A stretch of 60,420 bases of DNA from a virus. Its lineage: Duplodnaviria > Caudoviricetes. Below the pieces are notes generated by a model that did no database searches, was not told the DNA's origin, and saw only the letters and a program-made list of their open reading frames with translations. How positions within the stretch are numbered: position 1 is the first letter of the stretch; each line of letters opens with the position of its first letter. The DNA lies in IMG/VR virus record IMGVR_UViG_3300032225_000805, positions 1 to 60,420 of that record; one strand, given 5' to 3'. Shown here piece by piece: positions 9,370 to 19,201 of this stretch. Both the position numbers and the translations under genes were made by a program.

Positions 9370-9716
9370 GTTGGAACTGAATGTGGTGTTAGTGTTATGC
9401 TTTTACTTCTTACCATTAAGTAAGATTTTATTTTTTCTTTAGCTGCAAAGTATAACGCAGACTCTGATGGCTGCATATCCCTAGTGCTGATAAAGTCATC
9501 CATAGTTTGGACTCCGTGTATAATACTTGAGTGGTGTCTTCCTCCTAGTATCACACCAATAGTCGCAAGGCTATCATTTGTATACTCCCTTGCAAGTTTC
9601 ATCATCGCAAATCTAGGGTATATCAACTCTTGCTTCCTTGATGAGCCTATTATCTTTTCTACTGGCTCGTTTGATAGTTCGCTAACTATCTCCAATATTC
9701 TTTCTGATGTTATCAT
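9363..9716 (-). CDS. Stand-alone DnaA domain IV (Bac_DnaA_C)-like HTH protein
   Basis: SSRKQELIYPR..M.L.REYT..SLATIG..LGGRHHSSIIHG matches the DnaA C-terminal signature. Confidence 0.85.
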   Translation of the reverse strand: MITSERILEIVSELSNEPVEKIIGSSRKQELIYPRFAMMKLAREYTNDSLATIGVILGGRHHSSIIHGVQTMDDFISTRDMQPSESALYFAAKEKIKSYLMVRSKSITLTPHSVPTC

Positions 9717-9719
9717 ATT

Positions 9720-9815
9720 TTAGTTTATGTTTAGGTTAATACTGCTTATGTGGATACACGCTGCTGATAGTAGTAGTGCAATAACTATTATTATTGCTTC
9801 TTTATGGTTTCTCAT
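9720..9815 (-). CDS. 31-aa hydrophobic peptide (not in ORF track)
   Basis: MRNHKEAIIIVIALLLSAACIHISSINLNIN. Fills the gap between the helicase and DnaA-IV genes. Confidence 0.45.
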   Translation of the reverse strand: MRNHKEAIIIVIALLLSAACIHISSINLNIN

Positions 9816-11423
9816 TTAATTTAATTTATATTTAGTTCTTAATTCTTTTTGCCATTCTGGGTAGTTATATAATCCAATGCTTACTGTTACTGAGTCATCC
9901 GTTCTAGTTACATGCTTAGATATATGCTCTATCGCTAAGTAGACATGATATACGCTGTAGCAAATAAAGTAAACAATGTTATGGCTTGACATCTCTGGGA
10001 GTGTTATTTTTTGGTATTCAGTAAGTCTTCCATTGTTCATCTTCAACTCTAAGCCAAAAAAGAAAGATGTGTTATCAAAGAAAACAGAATTATCTGGCAA
10101 CCCATTCTTAGATGCAAAATGTATCCATCTGCCATCCTTAAACATCTTACCACTATTCTGTCTCCACCAGTAGTACCCAGTCTTCTTCAAGAAGTTGTTT
10201 ACATCTTCCTGAAGCTCTGACTCATCTCGATAAATCTTACCTTCATATAAGTCAAGCAAAGATGAAATCTTTTTTAGATATATAAGTTTTTCTTTTGTTA
10301 TACTGTTTTTTATTTCAGCTACATTGTCCTCTATACTCTTAATCCCAATCTCTCTATCTATAACTCTACCAAGCTGCTTCTTATGCTTAAACTCCTTACG
10401 CTTGTCTGGCATGTCATGCTCTTCAACATTCCCACAGAAGTCTAACAGGATGCAGTCTTTCTTCCCATCACTTAGTCTGATGCCTCTACCAGCACATTGA
10501 ATGTATTTACGCCATGATTTAGTCCCCATTGCCAACATTACACACGATATCGTGGGCTCATCAAACCCAGCAGTAAGTATCTCGATACTGAACACACCTT
10601 TTATCTTTCCTTGCTTCAGATTTTTTAATATTAATGCTCTATCATTATCCGTGGTTTCAGATGTTATAACAGCAGATGGCACCCCAAAGGAATTAAACAT
10701 AGAACATAAATCAATGCAATGCTTTTTATTTACACCAAAGCAAACAAACTTTCTATCTGATGCGTATTCCAAATAGTTTGATAGTATACTGTTGTTGATG
10801 TCATCCTTGTTGATAATGCCCTCTAACTCTTCTGTGTTATAATCTGAGCCGCTTATCTTAACGCTACTCAAGTCAATCCTAAATGGCGCTAATACAACGA
10901 ATGGAGTAAGCCAACCCAGAGATATTAAGTCTCCTGTTTGGTACTTACTTACAATCGAGTCAAACCCTTCTAGCAGGTATCCATCAGATGTAACTGGCGT
11001 TGCAGATAGACCAATAAATATAGCATTCGGAAACCTATCAAACAAAGACTGCGTTAGGTTACCTTCGTAGGAGTAGTGTACCTCGTCTATTATCACAATG
11101 TCTGGGGCATCTATATCCGTATCAATCACCGTCTGTAGCGTTGCAACCAAGCACCTATAGTTTGCATGTTCTTTGGTTGAACCCTGTAGGTAAGACACTG
11201 GTAGGTTGCCAAACACATCTCTCGACTGCTGTGCTAATTGTATTCTATGGTTTGTAAACAATACCCTCTTTCCTCTCTTCACCGCTCCATCTATCATTGA
11301 GTAGCTTATAATAGTCTTCCCAAACCCAGTAGGCGCATGTACCAATATCTTTTTGTCTCCAGCAGATATCCTTTCCCTTATTAGGTTTAGGATGTCTACC
11401 TGCGGTTCTCTTAACTTATACAT
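9816..11423 (-). CDS. SF2 DExH helicase fused to C-terminal VRR-NUC (PD-(D/E)xK) nuclease
   Basis: APTGFGKT, DEVH, SAT, GFD and QCAGRGIR helicase motifs, followed by ESELQ..GLPD..LELK..GRLTEYQ. Confidence 0.85.
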   Translation of the reverse strand: MYKLREPQVDILNLIRERISAGDKKILVHAPTGFGKTIISYSMIDGAVKRGKRVLFTNHRIQLAQQSRDVFGNLPVSYLQGSTKEHANYRCLVATLQTVIDTDIDAPDIVIIDEVHYSYEGNLTQSLFDRFPNAIFIGLSATPVTSDGYLLEGFDSIVSKYQTGDLISLGWLTPFVVLAPFRIDLSSVKISGSDYNTEELEGIINKDDINNSILSNYLEYASDRKFVCFGVNKKHCIDLCSMFNSFGVPSAVITSETTDNDRALILKNLKQGKIKGVFSIEILTAGFDEPTISCVMLAMGTKSWRKYIQCAGRGIRLSDGKKDCILLDFCGNVEEHDMPDKRKEFKHKKQLGRVIDREIGIKSIEDNVAEIKNSITKEKLIYLKKISSLLDLYEGKIYRDESELQEDVNNFLKKTGYYWWRQNSGKMFKDGRWIHFASKNGLPDNSVFFDNTSFFFGLELKMNNGRLTEYQKITLPEMSSHNIVYFICYSVYHVYLAIEHISKHVTRTDDSVTVSIGLYNYPEWQKELRTKYKLN

Positions 11424-11426
11424 ATA

Positions 11427-13784
11427 TTAATTGTTGAATATTATGTGGCGACCTAAGTGGTCTCTTGACTCTGTAGGCTCTTTCTTGTACTTGAACACAG
11501 CAAACACAGCAAGCCACTTGTAAAACTTTTGTTGCGATAAGCTTTGTCTACCTCGTACTGAGAAGTCTGGATACTCCTCAACAAAGTTGTTGAACAGCTG
11601 TGACTTGCTAATCTTTACATTTGGTATGATTGGGTCTAGCGCATCGTCTCTTAATTTATCTATAATCCACTCGTAAAAAGAATGGTCTGTCTCTGAAATA
11701 AACTTTCTTGTCTCGATGTTATTAAAGCTGCTTGTTACAAGTCCTCTAGTTAAGAATAATTGTAAACAACCTATCATGTAGTTGTCAAACTTAATCCAAT
11801 CTTCCTTATCCCAACTAGCAAACAACATCCTACCAAAGTCTTGCTCAGGTGTGAATGACATATTATAGAACTGCTTGAACTCTAATTCCCATCTTCTTCT
11901 GTTATTAGAATTACCATTACCCTTGATAGCATAGTTTGTTGTGATAATTATTTTTGGAGATTTATCCATTGGTATCTTGATGGCATCTTTATTTTTCTTC
12001 TCCAACGTGATACCCTCTGTAACAATACTGAATAATCTTTCAAACTCAAAGTTTTTTCTTACATCATCAAATATTAGTAGCTGTGTGTCAGCACTCACTA
12101 GCTGATAAGGAAATGTTTTATCGAATGCAAATGCCTTACCATCTATAACTACACCCTTCTTCATCTTGTTCAACGCAGAAACAAATATACCCTTACCAGT
12201 ACCGCCTTCTGGGTGTTCACTAATAACCTCATCGTTTATTATCACAGCAGGGCAGTACCCTAAACTCTTATGGCTATGTAACAAAAATCCTATCGTTGAC
12301 TTTATGGATGACTCTCTGTCATCTCCACCTGAAATATTTGAAACAAACTTTCGATAGTCACAGTCAACATTATCGCTAATGAAGAAGTCTCTGTCAATTA
12401 TTTGCTCCTTCCATACATGGCTACCTAAGTCTATGTAGTCAATAATATCAATTGAGTTTTTATTAATTTTTGTAACGCAGTTCTTAAAGTATAGGAATGC
12501 ATAGTCCTTAGTATCTTTAGCAAACTCTGGCTTAACTGTAGCAATCATGTTAAGAAAGTCATCCTTAAAAAATCTAGTGTTGTCAGCAAAGTAGTTATAG
12601 ATAGACATATCCTTTCTATTCATCAAATATGCAAGAATAAAGTCTTTTATTTCATCCTCGCTAGAATTATATAAAATATTATTAATAAGCCTAACATACA
12701 CATAGTTGTTGCTGCCATCAGGATAGTACTTGAAGAACCCATGCTCTTCAATAAATGCTTTAAATAAATTATGAGTTATCTTTAGTGCACCCTTATCTGT
12801 CTTCGACCAGAATACATTACATTCCTTCTCAGCCGTTTCGATTGCATTATTAATTTCATCATCAGAAATATCTGCCTCCTGCAACTTTGCTCTTACCTCT
12901 CTTTTTGGGGCACCACTATCTATGATTGCCTTTACTTCATTTATCTTTTTGGTATCCTCAAAAAACTTAGTATTATATGCATCTGTTTTTCTATACGCAC
13001 TAGTAATCGTATTGTTTATCTCAGCAGTAGAAAAATCTTGCTGCGAGTAATTACTCATCGCATACTCAGCTAGACTCCTATCAATACCAAATTCATTGAA
13101 TGCCATTGCTAGGATGTAGATATTTTTATTACGCTCTCCTTTAACCAATCCGTAATCTCTCTCCCACCATATCTTTAATCTTCTAATAATCTCTGATGAG
13201 TCATTAAGCCTGATTGACTGGCTATCGTTTGTGTGGACTGCATATTCTTTTTCTGCTTGCTCTTCCCATACACTGCTGTTTTGGTTTATGTGAATATTTG
13301 GGTCATACGACTCGTAACACACCCTAGATATGTTGCAGCTAGATACATCAAAGTTATGGCTATTGTAGTGTCGTTTTAGCGCATTGAAATACAACTTGTG
13401 GTTCTCTATGTCTTTTGGTATTCTTACGAGAACCTTGAGTCCATCACCGCTTGGAGACATGAATACAGAGAATGTATATGCATCCTCTTTTAGTTCCTCC
13501 ATGTACATTTCCAATGCTAGTGTAGACTCAAAGTTATCGAAGTCAAGACATACAAATCCGCTGTGAGCCGTTACCGATTTATCATTACGCTTAGTAAACT
13601 CTCCGCAGAAACAAATGGCAGGTAATCCTTTCTTTAATAAGTCCCTAACCTCTTTGTCTGACTCGGCTCTAATCTTCTCTACTAAATCTTTCGACTTGCC
13701 AGATTTAATTCTATCCAAAACATCCTCGACATTTCTGTAAAAAGGCGTAGACGTGTCACTTAATGTTTTGAATATTGTTACCAT
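11427..13784 (-). CDS. Primase-helicase (VirE N-terminal/BT4734-like primase, PriCT, SF3-like helicase)
   Basis: KKGLPAICF.G.F, HSGFVCLDFD, SPSGDGLK, GERN, GTGKG Walker A, FDD Walker B, ITTN. Confidence 0.85.
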   Translation of the reverse strand: MVTIFKTLSDTSTPFYRNVEDVLDRIKSGKSKDLVEKIRAESDKEVRDLLKKGLPAICFCGEFTKRNDKSVTAHSGFVCLDFDNFESTLALEMYMEELKEDAYTFSVFMSPSGDGLKVLVRIPKDIENHKLYFNALKRHYNSHNFDVSSCNISRVCYESYDPNIHINQNSSVWEEQAEKEYAVHTNDSQSIRLNDSSEIIRRLKIWWERDYGLVKGERNKNIYILAMAFNEFGIDRSLAEYAMSNYSQQDFSTAEINNTITSAYRKTDAYNTKFFEDTKKINEVKAIIDSGAPKREVRAKLQEADISDDEINNAIETAEKECNVFWSKTDKGALKITHNLFKAFIEEHGFFKYYPDGSNNYVYVRLINNILYNSSEDEIKDFILAYLMNRKDMSIYNYFADNTRFFKDDFLNMIATVKPEFAKDTKDYAFLYFKNCVTKINKNSIDIIDYIDLGSHVWKEQIIDRDFFISDNVDCDYRKFVSNISGGDDRESSIKSTIGFLLHSHKSLGYCPAVIINDEVISEHPEGGTGKGIFVSALNKMKKGVVIDGKAFAFDKTFPYQLVSADTQLLIFDDVRKNFEFERLFSIVTEGITLEKKNKDAIKIPMDKSPKIIITTNYAIKGNGNSNNRRRWELEFKQFYNMSFTPEQDFGRMLFASWDKEDWIKFDNYMIGCLQLFLTRGLVTSSFNNIETRKFISETDHSFYEWIIDKLRDDALDPIIPNVKISKSQLFNNFVEEYPDFSVRGRQSLSQQKFYKWLAVFAVFKYKKEPTESRDHLGRHIIFNN

Positions 13785-13996
13785 TGTAGTTCGTTTATTT
13801 TGTTTATTAAAATTTCTGTGTAATCGCCTTTTATAATGAATGCATATTCATCAACTTTAAATAGGATATAGTTAGTAGTACTTATCTTCGTAACTAACAC
13901 GTCTAGGTTTAACTCTTGCGCTAATCTTTCTACGATGCAGACTACCTGCTGAGACCTCTTCGCTGATATTCTCTTTATTTTTAATTCTAAACTCAT
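13778..13996 (-). CDS. Hypothetical protein
   Basis: 72-aa ORF overlapping the primase start. Confidence 0.5.
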   Translation of the reverse strand: MSLELKIKRISAKRSQQVVCIVERLAQELNLDVLVTKISTTNYILFKVDEYAFIIKGDYTEILINKINELQW

Positions 13997-14180
13997 TTTT
14001 AATTCTGTTGTTTAATAAGTTAATTTTTACAGCCAGCTCCATCTTAGCCAGTCGTCTATTTGTTGACAGACCTATTATCGGACACTTCATCCATCCGTCT
14101 TGGTAGATGTATGTGTGGTATCCGTTGTCGTTTATGTAGTCGACAACCAAGATACTCTCAATGTCTTTATAGCTTACCAC
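13872..14180 (-). CDS. Hypothetical protein
   Basis: ORF in the gene-dense strand; its 3' end overlaps the next ORF by about 125 nt. Confidence 0.45.
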   Translation of the reverse strand: MVSYKDIESILVVDYINDNGYHTYIYQDGWMKCPIIGLSTNRRLAKMELAVKINLLNNRIKNEFRIKNKENISEEVSAGSLHRRKISARVKPRRVSYEDKYY

Positions 14181-14511
14181 ACTCTATCTCTCCTAAAATG
14201 TAACCAATGTTTTTTAGCTGCCTTCTCATCTTCGGTATGTTAGACTCTGACATAAACTTAGCCTTTCTGTTCTCTATCTTTACGGCAGGGTTGCATATCC
14301 AAGCAAGCCAATACTCATAGCTGTTTAGCTCTGCGTTTATCTTTCTGTTAAGCTTCTCTATGTCCAATCGTAACTTATACTCATCAGGCTCTGTTAGCAT
14401 ATACATCCTTAGCTCTCTCAAAAGCATTAGTGTTCTGTACGACTTGTTACCATCGTGTGCAGTTTTTTCTAGCTCAGATATATCTGAATCAATTTTATCT
14501 AAACTAATCAT
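14167..14511 (-). CDS. Hypothetical protein
   Basis: 114-aa ORF with coupled overlaps. Confidence 0.6.
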   Translation of the reverse strand: MISLDKIDSDISELEKTAHDGNKSYRTLMLLRELRMYMLTEPDEYKLRLDIEKLNRKINAELNSYEYWLAWICNPAVKIENRKAKFMSESNIPKMRRQLKNIGYILGEIECGKL

Positions 14512-14803
14512 TGTTTATCAATTTTATTAATGTTAATAATGACTCATTGTTTATGGTATCGAAGTCTATAGTCATACCAGTATCAACTTCACCTTTGAAT
14601 ATTTTGTTTTGCTTAAACGTAAGCCCATTCTTTATCAATAGCTTTTCTATACTATCAACCTGCTTATCCATTGCCCATGTTAGAATCTTTTCAAACTGCT
14701 CAGGGCTGTATGTTGAGTAGTCTATACCCTTCTTATCGTCAGGTATAGACTCCCAATATACGTTTAGCAATTTCCTCCTAGAATGGTAGGTCTGCATCGT
14801 CAT
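14504..14803 (-). CDS. Hypothetical protein
   Basis: 99-aa ORF with coupled overlaps. Confidence 0.6.
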   Translation of the reverse strand: MTMQTYHSRRKLLNVYWESIPDDKKGIDYSTYSPEQFEKILTWAMDKQVDSIEKLLIKNGLTFKQNKIFKGEVDTGMTIDFDTINNESLLTLIKLINND

Positions 14804-15068
14804 TGCTTTGTTGGCTAGTTGCAGCAGCAGCAGTCTCTTCGTACTTGCTTATCTTACCGTCAGTCCAGAACACTCGACCATTACCATAATACTTTCTAGG
14901 CTCTTTTGCCTTAGACTCTTCTGCTGATTGCTTCTGGAAAACGGATACGTTGTTCCCATTTAAAGGCGCATCGTTTACAGACATGGTTAGGGCTAAGTAC
15001 TTTCCGTCTTTTAATGACGCTCTGTCTATCTTTGAGCAGTCGATTGAAAATGAAATTAAACTTGACAT
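14778..15068 (-). CDS. Single-stranded DNA-binding protein (phage type)
   Basis: Small beta-rich protein ending in acidic DDADLPF, like an SSB C-terminal tip; located in the replication module. Confidence 0.65.
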   Translation of the reverse strand: MSSLISFSIDCSKIDRASLKDGKYLALTMSVNDAPLNGNNVSVFQKQSAEESKAKEPRKYYGNGRVFWTDGKISKYEETAAAATSQQSNDDADLPF

Positions 15069-15155
15069 TTTATTTATGGCTTTTTAAAGTAGCCGAACTT
15101 TTAAGGGGTGTAAAATTAATTGTTTTTTCTTGATAACAAATTAAATTATGTTATT

Positions 15156-15410
15156 TTATTGTTTCTCTAGCTGTTCTATTCTAGCCTTTAGTGCTCTAAT
15201 AGTTTTTGTTATAGCATAGTTGTATACCCATCTAGGGTCGTTTATGTTCTCCAACTCTATTGCTATCCTCTCGTTCATGTTCAGGTCGTACAGCATTGAA
15301 TCAGCGTCTTGGTTTATAAAGTCGTCTAACTTTACTATTCTTAGGTCTCCCCAGTTTTGTACCAATACGATGTTACCTTGCTCGTATTGCTTTATTATTT
15401 TATCTTTCAT
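15156..15410 (-). CDS. Hypothetical protein
   Basis: 84-aa ORF with A-rich upstream region. Confidence 0.6.
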   Translation of the reverse strand: MKDKIIKQYEQGNIVLVQNWGDLRIVKLDDFINQDADSMLYDLNMNERIAIELENINDPRWVYNYAITKTIRALKARIEQLEKQ

Positions 15411-15421
15411 AATTTTTTTAT

Positions 15422-16150
15422 TTAAAGTATTTCGTTCATATAATATTGGTCAACATCATCTGTTTTATTCTCTCCGAAGAATCGCTCATACACAGTCATC
15501 GCTTCTAAAACCTTCTGCTTACCCATCGATAAGAAATCTTCGCTAGGAGTAAACATCCCCATCCTATTTGTTACCTTCTCGATTACTAAAAAGACCAAAG
15601 GCTTCTTGAATAGCTCGCCATAGATGTATGCCTGAGAGTCATAGTTGTACTCCTTAGCACTCCACTTGAACTTATCTATGTTGGTCGTTGTCTTGATGTC
15701 GTATAAACATTTAGCACCAACAATATCAGCCTTACCCTTCCACGGTAACCCAAATAGCTCACCTACACTTGGCACCTCGTATTGATTGCCGTCTGCATAG
15801 ATTAGGTTATAGAAGTCCATGTTGCCCATCAGCGCATCCTTCATTGACTCAGCCTCTTCTGCTTCTTTGTTTAGTATGCCTATTACCTTACCACCATTCG
15901 TAGCATCCTTATAGATGTTTGTTGTTCTAGTAGATGAGTATACTATTAGGCACTCCTTAGCCTTCTCAGGCTCTAATACAAGCTTGTGGAAGTAGCTACC
16001 AATAGCCATCGCTGTGGTAGTCTCTTGCTCTTGCTTAAACATTCTAGGGTTCTTCAATAAGTCCCCAATGTCTGAGTTACTAAGGTATGCCTTACCAATA
16101 CCGCTGTAGTACTCGTTGTCGTCTTTTAATTTTTCTATTACTGATTGCAT
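15422..16150 (-). CDS. PD-(D/E)xK exonuclease (RecE/exonuclease VIII, DUF3799-like)
   Basis: LSNS, GSYFHKLVLEP, KGKAD, DIKTT, Y..QAYIY. Confidence 0.8.
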   Translation of the reverse strand: MQSVIEKLKDDNEYYSGIGKAYLSNSDIGDLLKNPRMFKQEQETTTAMAIGSYFHKLVLEPEKAKECLIVYSSTRTTNIYKDATNGGKVIGILNKEAEEAESMKDALMGNMDFYNLIYADGNQYEVPSVGELFGLPWKGKADIVGAKCLYDIKTTTNIDKFKWSAKEYNYDSQAYIYGELFKKPLVFLVIEKVTNRMGMFTPSEDFLSMGKQKVLEAMTVYERFFGENKTDDVDQYYMNEIL

Positions 16151-16671
16151 AGCTCTGTTATTTTGTTTTTAGCTGCATCTGTCAATGCACTCTTGGTTGA
16201 CAATAATTCGATTAACTTAGGTGCACCCTTATATAGGTTACTCGCTACCCATTTTTCTGTAACTGCCCAATGGTCACTGCTGATGTCTAGTATTGGTTTA
16301 TCTTTAGCAGGTTGCTTGATGCCGCCCTTTAGTCTAACACCACCAACGACATCTCCCTTCATCTTTACGGATGAGTCAATGTACAATTCGACAGCTACAT
16401 CATTCCAATCCTCAACGAATGGTGAGTTACCAGCTAGGTTTTTAACCATCTTACTATTGGTGCTGTTTAATACCAATGGCTTGATTGGTTCAACGAAGTA
16501 CGCAATGTTATAGTTGCCACGTCTGCCAGCTACATCGACATTAATCTCTTGTCTAACGTGCTTGATTGTAAAGTGTAGAGACTTACCTTGCTCTAAGAAG
16601 TCTTCTAAATCAGCACAACCTAGATGGTTTGATTTGAAGACCTTGCTGTAGTGATGTTTTGTTTGTGTCAT
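16138..16671 (-). CDS. Putative recombination/ssDNA-binding partner of the exonuclease
   Basis: KPLVLNSTN..W..VELY..V..GVRL pattern, adjacent to the exonuclease; function inferred from context. Confidence 0.45.
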   Translation of the reverse strand: MTQTKHHYSKVFKSNHLGCADLEDFLEQGKSLHFTIKHVRQEINVDVAGRRGNYNIAYFVEPIKPLVLNSTNSKMVKNLAGNSPFVEDWNDVAVELYIDSSVKMKGDVVGGVRLKGGIKQPAKDKPILDISSDHWAVTEKWVASNLYKGAPKLIELLSTKSALTDAAKNKITELCNQ

Positions 16672-16954
16672 AATTATCTATTTTTTGTTTGTGAAATTTG
16701 TATGCGTTTGATACGTTTCTTGTTATTGTTGTTCGGTTAATTTTAAATCCCTTCCAGTCATGTATAAACCTAGATATAACCATACTATTAACCCCAGTCA
16801 TTAGGGCGAATAGTACACCTCTAGCGTCTACTATCTCTCTCTTTTTAGAGTTGGAAAACATTTCCTCCTCTGAGATGTTAAACTCTCTCAGGATGTAGTC
16901 TAGTTTAGCATCCAGACTACTGAAAAAATTATTGCCGCCATCCATGATGCCCAT
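16610..16954 (-). CDS. Second, divergent DnaA domain IV-like HTH protein
   Basis: EFNISEEEMFSNSKKREIVDAR..F..I..F....RTTI. Confidence 0.6.
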   Translation of the reverse strand: MGIMDGGNNFFSSLDAKLDYILREFNISEEEMFSNSKKREIVDARGVLFALMTGVNSMVISRFIHDWKGFKINRTTITRNVSNAYKFHKQKIDNYDTNKTSLQQGLQIKPSRLC

Positions 16955-16982
16955 ATAATAAATCTTTTTATAAATAAAATCA

Positions 16983-17360
16983 TTAGTTAAAAAATATTGT
17001 GAACAATAAAACCATTGCGATAACCTCTATCGCTAGGAAGCAAGCAAACACTAAGAATATGTTCCATAGTGGTGTGTCGTCTCTGCGTTGCCCTACCTTT
17101 GATACATCGACAAACATATTGTCAATGTGCTCACACGGCACACTAGGCTTGTCTGTAAATATATACCTATTACCATCGGATATGGTGTAGTACTCCATGG
17201 CAGATGCCATGTTGTTTCTATACTTAAAGATGCTGATGTCTTCAGGATGCGTTTGCTTTAACAATTCATCTAGCTTGTATATGTTTTCTTTCTTTACCGC
17301 AACTATGCATAGCTTACCTGCTCTGAATAACTCAGCGTTTCTATTCAAATTCTCCATCAT
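16983..17360 (-). CDS. Hypothetical protein with C-terminal TM helix
   Basis: Hydrophobic C-terminus LWNIFLVFACFLAIEVIAMVLLFTIFF; start uncertain (17372, 17360 or 17357). Confidence 0.6.
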   Translation of the reverse strand: MMENLNRNAELFRAGKLCIVAVKKENIYKLDELLKQTHPEDISIFKYRNNMASAMEYYTISDGNRYIFTDKPSVPCEHIDNMFVDVSKVGQRRDDTPLWNIFLVFACFLAIEVIAMVLLFTIFFN

Positions 17361-17472
17361 AGCAGTCTGCATTTATGTGTTCTCTTTCTTGTTCAAGCTT
17401 GTACTGCTCTACTATTTGAGCCGCTCTGTAACATCCAGTGTCTGTTAGTAGCTTTATTATTTCGTCTATCAT
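17341..17472 (-). CDS. 43-aa hypothetical protein (not in ORF track)
   Basis: MIDEIIKLLTDTGCYRAAQIVEQYKLEQEREHINADCYDGEFE; ATGA overlap with the upstream gene stop. Confidence 0.5.
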   Translation of the reverse strand: MIDEIIKLLTDTGCYRAAQIVEQYKLEQEREHINADCYDGEFE

Positions 17473-17810
17473 AGTTGTGTTATTAAGTATTTTTTAATCT
17501 TTAATTCGTTCTCATCGCAGTACTTCTTCAGACTGCCGTATGTGGACAGCATCTTAAACTCTCCTTCGCAGTTGCAGAGTGCAACCTCTTTGTCTGTGAA
17601 TGGCGTTACGGATGGTGACTCTAGTCCTACTACCCAATTGGTAGCCTTGACATAACATCCATGCCCATCACCATTCCATGCCTTCAATAAGTCTACGTCT
17701 GTATTGTCAGCAATACAGCACTCTTTCGTGCAATATAGCAGTTCGTCTACCTTGTATCCGATGGATATACCATCTCCGCAATTGTTACATTGCCCTTTAT
17801 ATGTTACCAT
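17469..17810 (-). CDS. Cys-rich (zinc-finger-like) hypothetical protein
   Basis: CNNC...YCTKECC. Confidence 0.6.
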   Translation of the reverse strand: MVTYKGQCNNCGDGISIGYKVDELLYCTKECCIADNTDVDLLKAWNGDGHGCYVKATNWVVGLESPSVTPFTDKEVALCNCEGEFKMLSTYGSLKKYCDENELKIKKYLITQL

Positions 17811-17887
17811 TTTATAATATATATTATCATTGTTAATAAGAATACGATGTGTATCAGTAGGCTTAACCTCTCAATAAACCTATCCAT
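17804..17887 (-). CDS. 27-aa membrane peptide (not in ORF track)
   Basis: MDRFIERLSLLIHIVFLLTMIIYIIKW; overlaps both neighbours by a few nt. Confidence 0.45.
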   Translation of the reverse strand: MDRFIERLSLLIHIVFLLTMIIYIIKW

Positions 17888-18263
17888 AAACTAAGTCGTT
17901 TAACACTATGTATTGGAAGCAGACATCGGCATTCTCTGCGTCGTAGTCTCCATTAAGCATAGCGAATAGGTGATGCTTGTTGTCGCTGTTTAGTAAGGTG
18001 TTTAACCCTATCTCTATGTTGGCTTTGGTTATGTAACCTAGAACCTCTCCTTCGTCTTGGATATCTTCTACTGCCATGCCTCCTCCACTTAGTACAAACT
18101 TTAAAACATTCTCAGAGAATGAATATTCATTGCTTGTCTCTTTAAACCTTTTAAATTCATCACTGCGAGTAATGTAAGCCCAGTAGTCACTGCAACCTTC
18201 GATTGCTGTAACGAAGATGTTCTCTAGTACATCCTCTGTTATCTCTAATTTTAAATTGAACAT
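17880..18263 (-). CDS. Acidic phage early protein
   Basis: TAIEG..YW...DYDAENAD..FQ....YG pattern. Confidence 0.65.
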   Translation of the reverse strand: MFNLKLEITEDVLENIFVTAIEGCSDYWAYITRSDEFKRFKETSNEYSFSENVLKFVLSGGGMAVEDIQDEGEVLGYITKANIEIGLNTLLNSDNKHHLFAMLNGDYDAENADVCFQYIVLNDLVYG

Positions 18264-18559
18264 AGTAAACTATTATATTGTAATTTTAAACGTAATAAAT
18301 CAGTCCATCTCTTGAAGCTATACTTAGCCTTCAAAAACTTTTTCGCTATAGCCATCTTGGATTGTATTGCAGCTAGCCTTACCACATTTGCAAGCTGTCT
18401 AAGGTTGTGCATTAGCCTGATGCTAGATGCCTTGTTCTCTAATATCAACGTGGCTTCTTCTATTGTTGATACAATTTTAACTGCGCCATCGTTACAGATA
18501 GCACCTAGTTTTCTACTGCGTAGCGCTATATAGCCTACTGTTTTTAATTCTAATTTCAT
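18251..18559 (-). CDS. Basic hypothetical protein
   Basis: 102-aa ORF with A-rich leader. Confidence 0.55.
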   Translation of the reverse strand: MKLELKTVGYIALRSRKLGAICNDGAVKIVSTIEEATLILENKASSIRLMHNLRQLANVVRLAAIQSKMAIAKKFLKAKYSFKRWTDLLRLKLQYNSLLCSI

Positions 18560-18578
18560 TTTATTTATTTTTTAATTT

Positions 18579-18896
18579 TTAGTAAATGTATTGCTGAAGT
18601 ATTCCGTCTTCTTCTAGCGTCTTACGAATCTCATATCTCCAATTTGATGGAGGAATATATGAGCCATCTTTATTCCAATATCCAAGCTCTAATATATCAA
18701 GACTGTCTAGCGGTGGTTGCCATCCGTATCTTCTGAAGAACCAATCATTAAATTCTGCTATGTCAAATCTATCTATATCCAAGATGTAGCATTTCTTGTT
18801 AGGTAAATCAGAGCAGTCAGTTTCTAGTATAGCTCCACTAGGTGTGAGTATTGTTACATATCCCCAAGATGATTCAAGTTTAATAGTATTTTCCAT
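18579..18896 (-). CDS. Hypothetical early protein
   Basis: 105-aa ORF with A-rich leader. Confidence 0.65.
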   Translation of the reverse strand: MENTIKLESSWGYVTILTPSGAILETDCSDLPNKKCYILDIDRFDIAEFNDWFFRRYGWQPPLDSLDILELGYWNKDGSYIPPSNWRYEIRKTLEEDGILQQYIY

Positions 18897-18897
18897 T

Positions 18898-19194
18898 TTA
18901 TTTATTTTTTTGATGATTGTGAAATCTAATAAAGTCCTTCACGGACTCGTATACTATATCAATTTTTTTGGATATGTCTATGCAGACATAGCATGAGACT
19001 ACGTTCTCATATATGCCTTCCTTTCCTATTGGATAGATGTGGCAAGACATTCTCTCGATGACTACACTATACCCCATACACTCTATCTTGTACACCACAT
19101 CCATTAGCTTATTCCAATTGCTATGGTATCGTAGCGTGGTGTCTGCTGACGTATTCAATCCCATGAACTCTGCGATTAGGTTATTTTTCTTCAT
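18898..19194 (-). CDS. Hypothetical early protein (paralog of 19920..20276)
   Basis: NNLIAEFMG...WNKLMDVVYKIE..G. Confidence 0.7.
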   Translation of the reverse strand: MKKNNLIAEFMGLNTSADTTLRYHSNWNKLMDVVYKIECMGYSVVIERMSCHIYPIGKEGIYENVVSCYVCIDISKKIDIVYESVKDFIRFHNHQKNK

Positions 19195-19201
19195 GGCTCT
19201 A

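Noticed and set aside
9749-9757. DnaA-box-like TGTGGATAC upstream of the DnaA-IV gene (also TGTGGATTA at 23937)
   Set aside because: Single 8/9 matches expected by chance; one lies in a probable small ORF and the other in a hairpin stem
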